From positions 431,447 through 495,446 of the forward strand of contig CAWFGR010000005.1 in the NCBI GenBank assembly GCA_963815405.1: 64,000 nucleotides of DNA. Direction: 5' to 3'. The first letter of the stretch is position 1. Every line of letters begins with the position of its first letter. The DNA comes from an uncultured Actinomycetes bacterium (GTDB taxonomy: Bacteria; Actinomycetota; Acidimicrobiia; IMCC26256; DASPTH01). Shown here in pieces: positions 1 through 10,314 of this stretch. The notes below the pieces were generated by a model. The model did no database searches and was not told the DNA's origin. It was given only the letters and a program-made list of their open reading frames with translations. The translations under genes were made by a program, and so were the position numbers.

Positions 1-13
1 AGGTCCACGCCTG

Positions 14-664
14 ATGGCGGTCTCCCGCGCCCAGGCGGCGGCCGACAAGCGCCGCGCCGATCCTCGACGCCGCCGTGCGCGTGTTCGCCCGCCAGGGCTT
101 CCACACCTGCCGCGTCTCGGACATCGCCGACGAGGCGGGGGTCGCCTACGGCCTCGTCTACCACTACTTCGACTCCAAGGACGAGATCCTCGACACGCTC
201 TTCCTCGAGCGCTGGGACGTCATGCTCGCGGCGATCGGCGAGATCGACCGCCGCGAGCGAGATCCCGCCGCGCGAGAAGCTGCTACGCGATCGCCTCGTT
301 CATCGTCGACTCCTACCGCCACGACCCCGAGCTGATGAAGGTGATCATCGTCGAGGTCACGCGCGCGGCGAACTCGTTCGGCCGCACCCACCTCGCGAAG
401 ATCCGCGAGGCCTACGACGCGGATCGCGCGCGATCGTCGAGCAAGGCCCAGGCCGACGGGGACGTTCAAGTCCGACGTCACGCCCGAGTTCGCCGCGATG
501 GCCTTCTACGGCGCGATCGAGCAGGTGCTGACCGGCTGGATCTTCGACCTCCTCCCGACCGGCGAGGACGAGTTCGAGCAGGCCAAGCGCTTCGTGGTCG
601 AGACCATGTGCGGCGGGTTGGAGGCGGAGGGCGCCGGGAACGCTCCCGCGACCCGGCTGAATAG
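14..664 (+). pseudogene. TetR/AcrR family transcriptional regulator, multiply frameshifted
   Basis: The HTH 'RVFARQGFHTCRVSDIADEAGVAYGLVYHYFDSKDEIL' (ORF 75..335) continues as 'YAIASFIVDSYRHDPELMKVIIVEVTRAANSFGRTHLAKIREAYDA' in the frame of ORF 14..664. It then continues as 'MAFYGAIEQVLTGWIFDLLPTGEDEFEQAKRFVVETMCGG' in the frame of ORF 498... The 3' end is uncertain. Confidence 0.8.
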
Positions 665-680
665 ACTCGGGGACCTCCCG

Positions 681-816
681 ATGGACAACGACCTCGTCAA
701 GCGCCTCGTCTGGGCCGGGCCTGCTCGCCGGCCTCGGCGCCCTCGCCAGCATCGCCACCACGCGGGTCGCCGCTGTCATCTGGCGGCGCGTGTACGGGGA
801 GGACCCGCCGGAGTGA
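681..816 (+). pseudogene. DUF4235-like small membrane protein (one extra base near 720)
   Basis: ATG at 681 reads 'MDNDLVKRLVWAG', then after a +1 shift 'LLAGLGALASIATTRVAAVIWRRVYGEDPPE*' with TGA at 814-816. The stop overlaps the next GTG. Confidence 0.5.
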
Positions 817-1012
817 GCGACGAGACCCAGAGCACCAGCGAAGCCGCCGCGGTCCTCCCGGAGGTCGAGGGACACCCCACCGGCGCCGAGCGCGCGTATG
901 ACCGCGGCGCGCTCGAGCAGCCCGGCTTCGCCGAGCAGCATCCCGAGGCCCTCGTCGGCGCCGCCTTCGTCGGCGGCATCGTCCTCGCACAACTGATCGA
1001 AGCGCCGTGGCG
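813..1012 (+). CDS. hypothetical small protein with C-terminal hydrophobic segment
   Basis: GTG at 813 overlaps the preceding stop. The reading is 'VSDETQSTSEAAAVLPEVEGHPTGAERAYDRGALEQPGFAEQHPEALVGAAFVGGIVLAQLI'. The end is not resolved, probably because of a frameshift. Confidence 0.3.
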
Positions 1013-1468
1013 ACTGATCCCGAGACAACGTCAACGGCGGGCTCGCCGGCGCGGTCTCGGAGGTCTCCGAGCGCGCGTCCGTGCTCGTCCGCGAGGAGAT
1101 CGAGCTCGCCAAGGCCGAGGTCTCCGAGAAGGTCACCAAGCTCGTCCGCGGCGCGGTGGTCGGCATCGCCGCCGGCATCTTCGTGGTCGTCGGCCTGCTC
1201 TTCCTGCTCCACGCGCCGCCTGGGGCCTCTACACGGCGTTCTTCGACGAGGTCTACCTCGGCTACCTGATGGTCGCGGGCGTGCTCTTCCTGCTCGCCGC
1301 GCTCGCCGGCTGGCTCGCCGCCGCTGGCTTCAAGGGCGGCTCCCCGCCCACGCCGAAGATGGCGATCGAGGAGGCCAAGCTCATCAAGGAGACCTCTCCT
1401 CGCCGAGCGCGGCGGCCGAGGCCGAGCGCGCCGACGCGGACCGCATCCGCGCGGAGCGCCTGCGCTGA
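1007..1468 (+). pseudogene. holin-X / phage-holin-family-type membrane protein, frameshifted
   Basis: 'VLVREEIELAKAEVSEKVTKLVRGAVVGIAAGIFVVVGLLFLLHA' (ORF 1081..1269) continues as 'LYTAFFDEVYLGYLMVAGVLFLLAALAGWLAAAGFKGGSPPTPKMAIEEAKLIKET' in another frame. The tail is '..AAEAERADADRIRAERLR*', and TGA at 1466-1468 overlaps the next ATG. Confidence 0.6.
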
Positions 1469-1698
1469 TGCCGACCGGAGAGCGCAGCGCCGAGGAGATC
1501 CGCGACTCGATCGAGCGCAACCGCCGCGAGCTCGCGCGTCTCGGTCCGGCACCTCCAGCTCGAGGTCCACCGCGCCACCGACTGGCGCTCCTTCGTGCGC
1601 CAGAACCGCCCGCAGGCGATCGCCGGCGCGGCGATCGCGGGCTTCGTGATCGGCGGCGGGATCGCCGCGCTCACGGGCCGCCTGTTCCGCCGCGGCTA
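1468..1698 (+). pseudogene. DUF3618-like membrane protein, frameshifted
   Basis: 'MPTGERSAEEIRDSIERNRRELA' shifts to 'LEVHRATDWRSFVRQNRPQAIAGAAIAGFVIGGGIAALTGRLFRRG*' (TAG at 1696-1698). Confidence 0.55.
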
Positions 1699-2576
1699 GC
1701 GAAACAGCGAGGCGGGGCCGCCGCCGACCCCGAGCAGGCCGGGGCCCACGTGGGTGCCGATCACGGGCCCGATCTCCGAGACCAAGACCGGCTCGGTGCC
1801 GAAGATCTCGCGCCCGCGCTCGACGAGCAGCTCGGCGTGCTCGGGATGCCTGGATGTGCTGGACCACCCAGCCGTCGGCGCCGTCGTCCTTGCGCTCCGC
1901 GCATGTAACTCGACCATGCGCTCGAACGCGCGGCCGGACGTGCGCACGCGCTCGACCGGCGTGATCTCGCGCCTCGCAGCGTGAGGATCGGCTTGATCCG
2001 CAGCGCGGACCCAGCCAGGCCTGGGCGGCGCCGATGCGCCCGCCCCGGCGCAGGAACTCGAGCGTGTCGACGCGAACCAGATCCGCGTCGCCTCGCGGGC
2101 CTCCTCGGCCCGGCCGCGACGGCCTCGCCGTCGGCGCCGCCGCGCGCCGCGGCCGCGGCCGCCAGCGCGATCAGCCCCAGCCCACCGCACGCGGTCTCCG
2201 AGTCGATCACCTCGATCCGCTCGTCGCGGCCCTCCGCGCGAGCTGGTCCTTGGCCTGGCAGGGCCGAGTCGATACGTGCCGGAGATCCCGGCCGAGATGT
2301 GGATCGAGACGATGTCGCGCCCGGCGTCCAGCAGCGGCTCGTAGACCTCGAGGAAGTCGCCGATCGAGGGCTGCGAGGTGGTCGGCAGCGGCTCGGCGCG
2401 TGCGCAGATGCTCGTAGTAGGCGTCGAAGTCGGGCAGGTCGGACTCGCGGTCGTGGCGGCCCTCCCAGTGGACGTAGAGGCTGACCAGATGGATGTCGTT
2501 GGCGGCCGACCAGCTCGCGCGGCAGATAGTGCGTGGTGTCGGTGACGACCGCGACCGGAGGCCATCGGCGTGGCAC
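1696..2576 (-). pseudogene. DegV family (fatty-acid-binding) protein, multiply frameshifted
   Basis: Fragments lie in three frames: 'VAVVTDTTHYLPRELV', 'SIGDFLEVYEPLLDAGRDIVSIHISAGISGTY', 'RIEVIDSETACGGLGLIALAAAAAARGG', 'ITPVERVRTSGRAFERMVE' and 'HPEHAELLVERGREIFGTEPVLVSEIGPVIGTHVGPGLLGVGG'. Confidence 0.8.
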
Positions 2577-2590
2577 CCTACACTCCGCCC

Positions 2591-3644
2591 GTGGGCAAGA
2601 CCCTGGTCACCGGAGCGACCGGCTTCGTCGGCTCGCACGTCGCGCGGGCGCTGCTCGACCGCGGCGACGAGGTGCGCGTGCTGGTGCGGCCCAGCTCGAA
2701 GGCCGAGAACCTCGACGGCCTGGAGTACGACGTCGCCAAGCGGCGACATCAACGAGCCGCGCGCCATGCGCCGAGCCCTGCGGGGCGTCGACCGGGTCTT
2801 CCACGTCGCCGGCCTGACGTCGCTGCGCGCGAGCGCCGAGAAGCTCCACGCGATCAACGTCGAGGGCACGCGCAACGTGCTCGAGGAGTGCCTGCGGGCC
2901 GGGTGTCGAGCGCGTCGTCTACACCTCGTCGGTGGCGGCGATCGGCCCCGCGCCGCCAGGGGGAGACCGCCGACGAGCGCCAGCACTACCCGGCGCGCGG
3001 CTGAGCATCCCCTACGTCGACGCCAAGCACGAGGCCGAGGTCGAGGCGCTGCGCTTGGCCGCGCTCGGGCTGCCGGTCGTGATCGTCAACCCCGCCCACG
3101 TCCTCGGCCGCGGCGACGTGCACCGCTCCTCGACCGAGTTCGTGCGCCGCTTCCTGCTGCGCCGGATCCCCGCCTACGTGGACGGCGCGCTCAACGTCGT
3201 CGACGTCGGCGACGTCGCGCGCGGCCACCTGCTCGCCGACGAGAAGGGGGACGTCGGGCGAGCGCTACATCCTCGGCAACCGCAACTACACCTTCGACCG
3301 CCTGTTCGCCGACCTCGGCGCGCATCTCGGGCGTCGAGCCGCCGGCGCTGAAGGCTGCCGCTACGCCGTGGCGCTCGCCTTCGCCGAGGCGGCCGAGCGG
3401 CTCCCCGGCCGGCCGCCCGATGCACCACCGATCGAGGTCCGCGCCTCCAGCCAGTGGTGGACGTACCGCAACACCAAGGCCAAGCGCGAGCTGGGCTTCA
3501 AGCCCTCGCCGCACGAGGAGACCGTCGAGGCGACACGATGGAGTGGTACCGCGAGCGCGAGGGGATCGCTTCTCCCGGGCGGGCACGGCCCAGCCGCTGC
3601 CGCTGCGGCCGGCGGGTTCGGTGATCAAGCGCGCGGGCGACTGA
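2591..3644 (+). pseudogene. NAD-dependent epimerase/dehydratase (HpnA/dihydroflavonol-reductase-like), multiply frameshifted
   Basis: The Rossmann motif 'GKTLVTGATGFVGSHVARALLDRGDEVRVLVRP' opens the gene. Later fragments are 'RALRGVDRVFHVAGLTSLRASAEKLHAINVEGTRNVLEECLRAG', 'YVDAKHEAEVEALRLAALGLPVVIVNPAHVLG', 'NVVDVGDVARGHLLADEKG' and 'WTYRNTKAKRELGFKPSPHEETVE'. These lie across at least 4 frame changes. The start could instead be GTG 2570. Confidence 0.8.
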
Positions 3645-3689
3645 CGGGCCGGATGGTCCTCTGAGGGCGCTCGCTAAGCTGCGCGCCTC

Positions 3690-3964
3690 GTGAACGAGCC
3701 CCAGGCCCTCCCGCCCGCCACGCTGTATCGCTGCATCACCCCGACGAACGTGCTCTGCCCGTGCGGCAAGGTCGCGCGCCGGCTGCACGAGCCGGGATCG
3801 AGTACGAGGAGATCCGCGTGCCGATGCGCAAGACGCGGCGGGCCGAGGTCATCGACCTCACGGGGCAGAACATCGTGCCCGTGCTGCTGCACGAGGGCGA
3901 GGCGATCCACGACTCGAAGCGGATCGTCGAGTACCTGGACAGCATCGACGGGAAGGCGGCCTGA
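3690..3964 (+). pseudogene. glutaredoxin / GST-N-terminal-like thioredoxin-fold protein (one frameshift ~3792)
   Basis: 'ATLYRCITPTNVLCPCGKVARRLHE' continues after a shift as 'GIEYEEIRVPMRKTRRAEVIDLTGQNIVPVLLHEGEAIHDSKRIVEYLDSIDGKAA*'. Confidence 0.55.
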
Positions 3965-4188
3965 TGGCGACGAAGTCACGTGTGGGACGGGCGCGCGGCG
4001 CCGTGAAGGCGATCACGCCGCTGGCCGTGAGCGCCAAGGCGTGGTGGGACGGGCTCTCCGAGAAGGAGAAGGCCCGCTATCGCGAGCAGGCGGCGAGGGC
4101 GATCCGCCAGGCGCAGCAGCTCGGCCAGGCCGGGATCGACATGGCGAAGTCGGCCGCCGGCGGCGGCAAGGGCCGCAAGAAGCGCTAG
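3964..4188 (+). CDS. hypothetical small basic protein
   Basis: Intact 74-aa ORF whose ATG overlaps the preceding TGA (ATGA). No recognisable domain. Confidence 0.4.
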   Translation: MATKSRVGRARGAVKAITPLAVSAKAWWDGLSEKEKARYREQAARAIRQAQQLGQAGIDMAKSAAGGGKGRKKR

Positions 4189-5116
4189 CGCAGGGCCGGG
4201 TCGACCACCGGCTTGCGCGCCTCCCCGCGTGAGCCGCGCGCGAGGGCGTCCTCGAGGCCGTCGAGCCCGATCGTCTCGCCCGCGAACCCGCGCCAGTCGA
4301 CGGCGCCCTCGGCGAGCAGCGCGAGCGCCCGGTCCACCTCGGCGCGGTCGTGGTGGAAGGCGCCGCGCACGTCGAGCTCGTCGTAGTGCAGCGGGCCGGG
4401 CGGGAGCGCGACGTCGTGGTGGCCCGGGCAGCCGCCGACGAGCACGACGACGCCGCCGGGCGCGGCCGCGCTCACCGCGGCGCGCCAGGCCTCGGGGCGG
4501 CCGATGGCCTCGAACACGAGCGGCGGCCGCGCCAGGCGTCTCGGTCGCCCGCGCGCCCAGCGTCTCGGCCTGGGCCCGGCGCTCCGCGTGGCGGTCGGCG
4601 ACCGTGACCGTCCGGCCCTCGGCGACGAGCAGACGGGCGAGCATCAGGCCGATGGTGCCTCCGCCGAGCACGCCGACCGGGTCGCCCGTCGCCGCCGCGC
4701 GCGACCGCGTGCAGCGCCGCCGCGAGCGGCTCGGCCATCGCGGCTCCCGCCGCCGGCAGCCCCTCGGGATCGGGTGCAGCGCCGCCGCCGGCGCGCCGAT
4801 CAGCTCCGCGAAGCCGCCGAGCACCCACGCCGGGTCCCGGCAGATCTGCGCCCGGCCCGCGGCACAGGGCGCGCACGCGCCGCACGCGACCGAGTCTCCG
4901 ACCAGCACGCGCTCGCCGGTGTCGAGGCGCACCCCCGCCGTCTCGTGGCCGAAGCGCGCCGGGTAGGCGCCGAGCGCCGGATGCCCGTGCCGCCACATCT
5001 TCACGTCGGTCCCGCACGCGGTGGCCGCCTCGACGCGCGACGACCACCCCGCCCTCGGGCTCGCGCACCTCGTCGACCCGCAGGTCGCCCGGCGCGTGGA
5101 GGAGCGCCGCCCTCAC
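4185..5116 (-). pseudogene. zinc-binding medium-chain alcohol dehydrogenase, multiply frameshifted
   Basis: Fragments are 'LLHAPGDLRVDEVREPEGG', 'KMWRHGHPALGAYPARFGHETAGV..VGDSVACGACAPCAAGRAQICRDPAWVLGGFAELI', 'GVLGGGTIGLMLARLLVAEGRTVTVADRHAERRAQAETLGA' and the C-terminal ORF 4185..4517. GTG at 5116 overlaps the stop of the upstream ADH. Confidence 0.75.
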
Positions 5117-6079
5117 GGCAGGACGACCGCCTTGAGCGCCTCGCCGCTGCGCTGGAGCTCGAGCGCCCGCCCGGTCTCGTCGAGCCCCAGGCGGTGGGTG
5201 ACCAGGGGCGCCAGGTCCACGCGGCCCGACGCGACCAGGTCGCGCGCGGCGCGCATGTCGCGCGGCATCGGCGGAGTAGCTGGCGGTGATCGTCAGCTCG
5301 CCGGCGAAGACGCGCTCGCCCGTCGATCGGCAGCTCCGTGGCCGGCTCCGGCGGGGCGTAGAGGCACAGCTCGCCGCCGGGGGCGAGCGCCTCGGCCGCG
5401 GCGGCGATCGCGTCCGGCTTCGGCGTGCAGACGATCGCCACGTCGACGTGCTCGTTGCCGTGGTGCTCGGCGCCCCAGGCCTCGGCGAGCGCCCGGCGGT
5501 CCTCGCGCGGCTCGCGCACCCAGACCGCGTCGACGGCGCGGGCGTGGGCCGCGGCGACGTGCAGGAGGCCCGATGGCGCCGGCGCCCACGACAAGCAGGC
5601 TGTCGCCGGCGCGCAGGCCGGCGCGGTCCTGGGCGCGCAGGACGCAGGCGAGCGGCTCGATGAACGTGGCGAGCGCCGGGTCCAGGCCGTCCAGCGGCAG
5701 CAGCTCGTCCACCAGCTCGGCCGGGACCCGCACCAGCTCGGCGAAGCCGCCGGGATCGAGCCCGACGGCGCGGAAGCGCTCGCACAGCGTCTCGTGGCCC
5801 CGCCGGCAGCGCCGGCACTCGCCGCACGGCGCGTGGTGGTGGATCGCAACCCGGTCGCCGGGCGCGACGACCTCGACGCGCGCCGCCGATCGCGCAGCAC
5901 CTCGCCGGCCGGCTCGTGGCCGAGCACGGCCGGCAGCTTGCGCGCGACGTACCACGGCAGGACGTCAGAGCCGCACACGCCGCAGGCGAGCATGCGGCAG
6001 ACGACCTCGCCCGGCCCGGCCTCGGGGTCCGCAACGTCCTCGATGCGGACCTCCTCCAGCGAGAGCGAGCGCGCGACCC

Positions 6080-6083
<4 letters not shown>
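5113..6083 (-). pseudogene. zinc-binding alcohol dehydrogenase (threonine/sorbitol-dehydrogenase-like), multiply frameshifted
   Basis: Fragments are 'MRVARSLSLEEVRIEDVADPEAGPGEVVCRMLACGVCGSDVLPWYVARKLPAVLGHEPAGEV', 'VAPGDRVAIHHHAPCGECRRCRRGHETLCERFRAVGLDPGGFAELVRVPA' and 'LELQRSGEALKAVVLP*'. Confidence 0.75.
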
Positions 6084-7110
<1,027 letters not shown>

Positions 7111-7197
7111 GGCGCCAGCGTAGTTGACGACCAATCCCGCGACCGCCCGCACGCGGAGGGCGCGAGGTATCTACGCCGGATCTTCGTCCTCGGGCTT

Positions 7198-7218
7198 GCC
7201 TGTGCCGCCGGCACAGGC
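7198..7218 (-). terminator. GC-rich hairpin downstream of the glutaredoxin gene (possible intrinsic terminator, no U-tract)
   Basis: GCCTGTGCC-GCC-GGCACAGGC is a perfect 9-bp stem with a 3-nt loop, in the 180-nt gap between the grx stop (7291) and the mtnA start (7110). Confidence 0.35.
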
Positions 7219-7290
7219 TGCGCCCTGCGTCCTCGCCCGACTTGATCCCTCGCGCCCCCGCGCACGCGCGGCCACGGGATCGATCGTCGG

Positions 7291-7689
7291 CTAGCTCAGC
7301 CGGTTCTCGATCTGCATCGGCGCGGCGCCGTTGACCTCGCCGTTGGGGGCCTCTGCCGCGCCGTCCGGGGCCTCGACCCCGAGCGCGGTGTGCAGCTCGC
7401 CGGCCTCGAACATCTCGGTGACGATGTCGCAGCCGCCCAGCAGCTCGCCGTTGACGAAGAGCTGGGGGATGGTCGGCCAGTTGGAGATCGCCGAGAGCTC
7501 CTGGCGGATGCGGGGGTCGGGCAGGATGTCGACGGCCGCGAACGGCGCGCCGACGGCCTCGAGCGCGGCGACGGTGCGGGCGGAGAAGCCGCAGGCGGGC
7601 TGCTCCGGGTTGCCCTTCATGAACAGCAGGACGGGGTGCTCGGCGATGGCCTGCTGGAGGGCGTCGCGGATCTCGGTCGAGTCGGTCAT
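7291..7689 (-). CDS. grxD: Grx4-family monothiol glutaredoxin with ~30-aa C-terminal extension
   Basis: Intact ORF containing 'VLLFMKGNPEQPACGFSARTVAALEAVG..FAAVDILPDPRIRQELSAISNWPTIPQLFVNGELLGGCDIV' with the CGFS active site. Confidence 0.9.
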   Translation of the reverse strand: MTDSTEIRDALQQAIAEHPVLLFMKGNPEQPACGFSARTVAALEAVGAPFAAVDILPDPRIRQELSAISNWPTIPQLFVNGELLGGCDIVTEMFEAGELHTALGVEAPDGAAEAPNGEVNGAAPMQIENRLS

Positions 7690-7696
7690 GGGTTCC

Positions 7697-7925
7697 TCAC
7701 TCGGCTTGGGTCTTGATGGACAGGGCGTGGATCGCGCCGCCGACCTCGGGGCCGAAGACGTCGTAGACGAGCTTGTGCTGGGCGATCCGCGACAGGCCCG
7801 CGAAGGCGGGGGCGGTCACGGTCGCGCGGAAGTGGTCGCCGCCTCCCGTGAGGTCGGAGACCTCGGCGCGCGCGCCCGGGATGGCGGCTCTCGATGCGCT
7901 GCTTGAGCTCGTCGGCGTGGGGCAT
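7697..7925 (-). pseudogene. bolA: BolA family protein (one frameshift ~7880)
   Basis: 'MPHADELKQRIE' continues after a shift as 'AIPGARAEVSDLTGGGDHFRATVTAPAFAGLSRIAQHKLVYDVFGPEVGGAIHALSIKTQAE*'. Confidence 0.75.
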
Positions 7926-8048
7926 TCCTGCCCACAGGGTAGCGATGGAGGAATCCCGGCCATCCCTCGCTACACTTGATGAAGTAACGGGCCGATAGAG
8001 GCCTGAGAGACTGGTTTGAACGCCACAAGCTTCGGAGACTGAGAGCAC

Positions 8049-8403
8049 ATGGTCACCTTCACCGAGAAGGGCGCAGAGAAGGTTCGCGAGTTCCTCGAGG
8101 GCCAGGGCGCCGACGTGCAGTCACGCCGGCCTGCGCGTGTCCGTGCGCGGCGGTGGCTGCTCGGGATTCCAGTACGCACTCGCCTTCGACGAGCAGCGCG
8201 ACGGCGACCAGATCTTCGAGGACCACGGCCTGCGCCTGCTGGTCGATGAGGCCAGCCTGCCCTACGTCCGCGGCTCGATCGTCGACTACGTCGAGAGCCT
8301 CCAGGGCGCGGGCTTCAAGGTCGAGAACCCGAACGTGATCGCGGCCTGCGGCTGCGGCTCCTCGTTCCGGGTCGCCGAAGAGGAAGAGGTCTCGGCGGTC
8401 TGA
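8049..8403 (+). pseudogene. A-type Fe-S cluster carrier (IscA/ErpA/HesB family), one frameshift ~8125
   Basis: 'MVTFTEKGAEKVREFLEGQGADVQS' continues after a shift as 'GLRVSVRGGGCSGFQYALAFDEQ..FKVENPNVIAACGCGSSF', including the C-x..-CGC motif. Confidence 0.8.
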
Positions 8404-9674
8404 CCCGCTCGGTTGCGGGTAGGTGCGCCGCCCTTGCGGCGCTGATTCTGTCGCTCGCCGGCTGCGGCGGCGACTCCAAGAAGCCTGAGCGGACGACGGC
8501 GACCACCCCGCCGACGACCGAGACCACGCCGAAGGCGCCCAGCTCGCTCGCCGTCGGCCTCACGGAGAACAACGCGAACCTGCTGTGGACGCCGAAGGGC
8601 AAGCCCCAGCTCGCGCCGCCCGTCGACCACGCGCGCGCCCAGCTCGACAAGCTCAACCCGCGCTACCTGCGCCTGGTCATCGATTGGTCCGCGGCCCAGC
8701 CCAGCCAGGGCGCCCAGCCCAACTGGCAGATCTTCGCCAACGGCTGCCTGCGCGACCAGCAGCCCTGCGTGGGGTTTCAGGGCGTGCGCGAGCAGCTGCG
8801 CGCGATCGCCTCGCGCCAGGAGGAGGGCAAGGGCACGCCCGACGTGCTGATCGTCTTCTCGCGCACGCCCGCGTGGGCCGCGCGCCCGCCGAGCGGCTGC
8901 GAGCGCCCCGACACCCAGCCCTTCGCCCGCGCGCCGCGCGACGACGCGCTGGACGCCTACCGGCAGGCGATCGTCTCGCTCGCCACCGAGGCCGAGCACG
9001 ACGGGGCGCGGATCACGTACTGGTCGCCGTGGAACGAGCCGAACCACCCGAGCCAGCTCAGCCCGCAGCGCTCGGGCTGCGCGCGCACCGACCGCGCCCT
9101 CGCGCCGGCCGCCTACGCGAAGCTCGCCAAGGCGATGAGCCAGGCGCTGGAGGACGTGCCGGGCGAGCAGAAGATGGTGCTCGGCGAGCTTGCCGCGTTT
9201 CGCAAGCCGCGGCGCGATGGGCGCCGGGGTGGGGGAGTTCATCGACGCGCTGCCCAAGAGCGTCGCGTGCAACGCCGCAGCGTGGGGGCAGCACAGCTAC
9301 GTCGGCGGCGAGGCGGTGGTCGACACGCTCGAGCGAGGCCGTCACGGCGAAGAACTGCGGCGCGGACGCACCGCACATCTGGATCACCGAGACCGGAGTG
9401 GGGGCCGCGCACGCCGGCTCGAAGCGCTCGCACGATCCGGCCGCGCTGCGCCTGGGCTGCCGCCAGCTCGACGCCCAGCTCGGCGAGTGGTACCGCGACC
9501 CGCGCGTGGACGTCGCCTTCCAGTACAGCTTCCGCGAGGACAACCTGTTCCCGGTCGGCCTGGTGAGCACGGCGCTGGCGAGGACTTCCCGGAGCTCGAA
9601 GGAGTGGCAGGCGTGGGGCGGGAAGCGCAAGCCGCGACGGGCCGGAGCCGAAGCTCGCGCAGGCGTGCCGGTAG
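8403..9674 (+). pseudogene. secreted lipoprotein with TIM-barrel glycoside-hydrolase-like core, frameshifted in its 3' third
   Basis: The lipobox 'AALILSLAGCGGD' is followed by a Thr/Pro linker and then 'LNPRYLRLVIDWSAAQP..ITYWSPWNEPNHP' (GH5-like WNEPN). Later parts, such as 'IWITETGVGAAH' and 'VDVAFQYSFREDNLFPVGLVS', are in other frames. The start codon is not resolved. Confidence 0.5.
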
Positions 9675-9675
9675 C

Positions 9676-10312
9676 TCAGACCTCGGGCTCGTTGTCCAGC
9701 GAGCGCCAGAGGTACAGGCACGCCGTCGTGCGAAACGGCCGCCACGGCTTCGCGATCTTCTCCAGCCGCTTGGGGTCGGGCAGCTTGCGCAGGCGGTACT
9801 CGATCATCACGGCCTTGCGGATCCCCAGGTCGCCGACGGGGAGGATGTCGGGCCGGCCGAGGTGGAACATCAGGAACATGTCGGCGCTCCACTGGCCGAG
9901 GCCCTTGATCGCCGTCAGCTCGGCGATCACCTCCTCCTCGGACAGGTCGTCGAGCTTCTCGAGCTCGATCGAGCCCTCGATCACGTGCTCGGCGAGCGAG
10001 CGCAGGTACGACACCTTCGCGCGCGACAGGCCGGCGGCGGCGCGCATCTCCTCGGGGTCGGCGGCGAGCAGCTCCTCGGGCTGGGGCGTGCGCCCGCCGA
10101 AGAACGCCTCCAGGCGCCCGTAGATCGACGCCGCGGCCTTCGTCGAGAGCTGCTGGCCGGTGATCGTGCGCACCAGCGCGCCGTAGTGCTCGCGCGGGCG
10201 CTCGCGGCGCGGCGCCGTCGTCCTCGGGCCCGACGCGGTCCATGATCGCGGCGAGCACCGGGTCGGACCCGCGCAGGTGCGCGAGTCGGCCGTCGGCCTG
10301 GGCCGCGGGCAC
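9676..10312 (-). pseudogene. HhH-GPD DNA glycosylase (3-methyladenine glycosylase II / AlkA-like), one frameshift ~10200
   Basis: ORF 9676..10173 reads 'ITGQQLSTKAAASIYGRLEAFFGG..LTAIKGLGQWSADMFLMFHLGRPDILPVGDLGIRKAV'. The N-terminus 'AHLRGSDPVLAAIMDRVGP' lies in another frame, starting from GTG 10312. Confidence 0.75.
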
Positions 10313-10314
10313 GG

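Noticed and set aside
1007-1468. A 'phage holin family' protein as evidence of a prophage lysis cassette.
   Set aside because: It sits in the DUF4235/holin-X/DUF3618 small-membrane-protein cluster. I believe that cluster is conserved on actinobacterial chromosomes, though this is from memory and was not checked. No endolysin, terminase, capsid or integrase genes are nearby, and composition is native.
7292-7305. tRNA-like D-arm string TAGCTCAGCCGGTT.
   Set aside because: It is the reverse complement of the last codons of the glutaredoxin gene (..ENRLS*). No acceptor or anticodon arms can be built around it.
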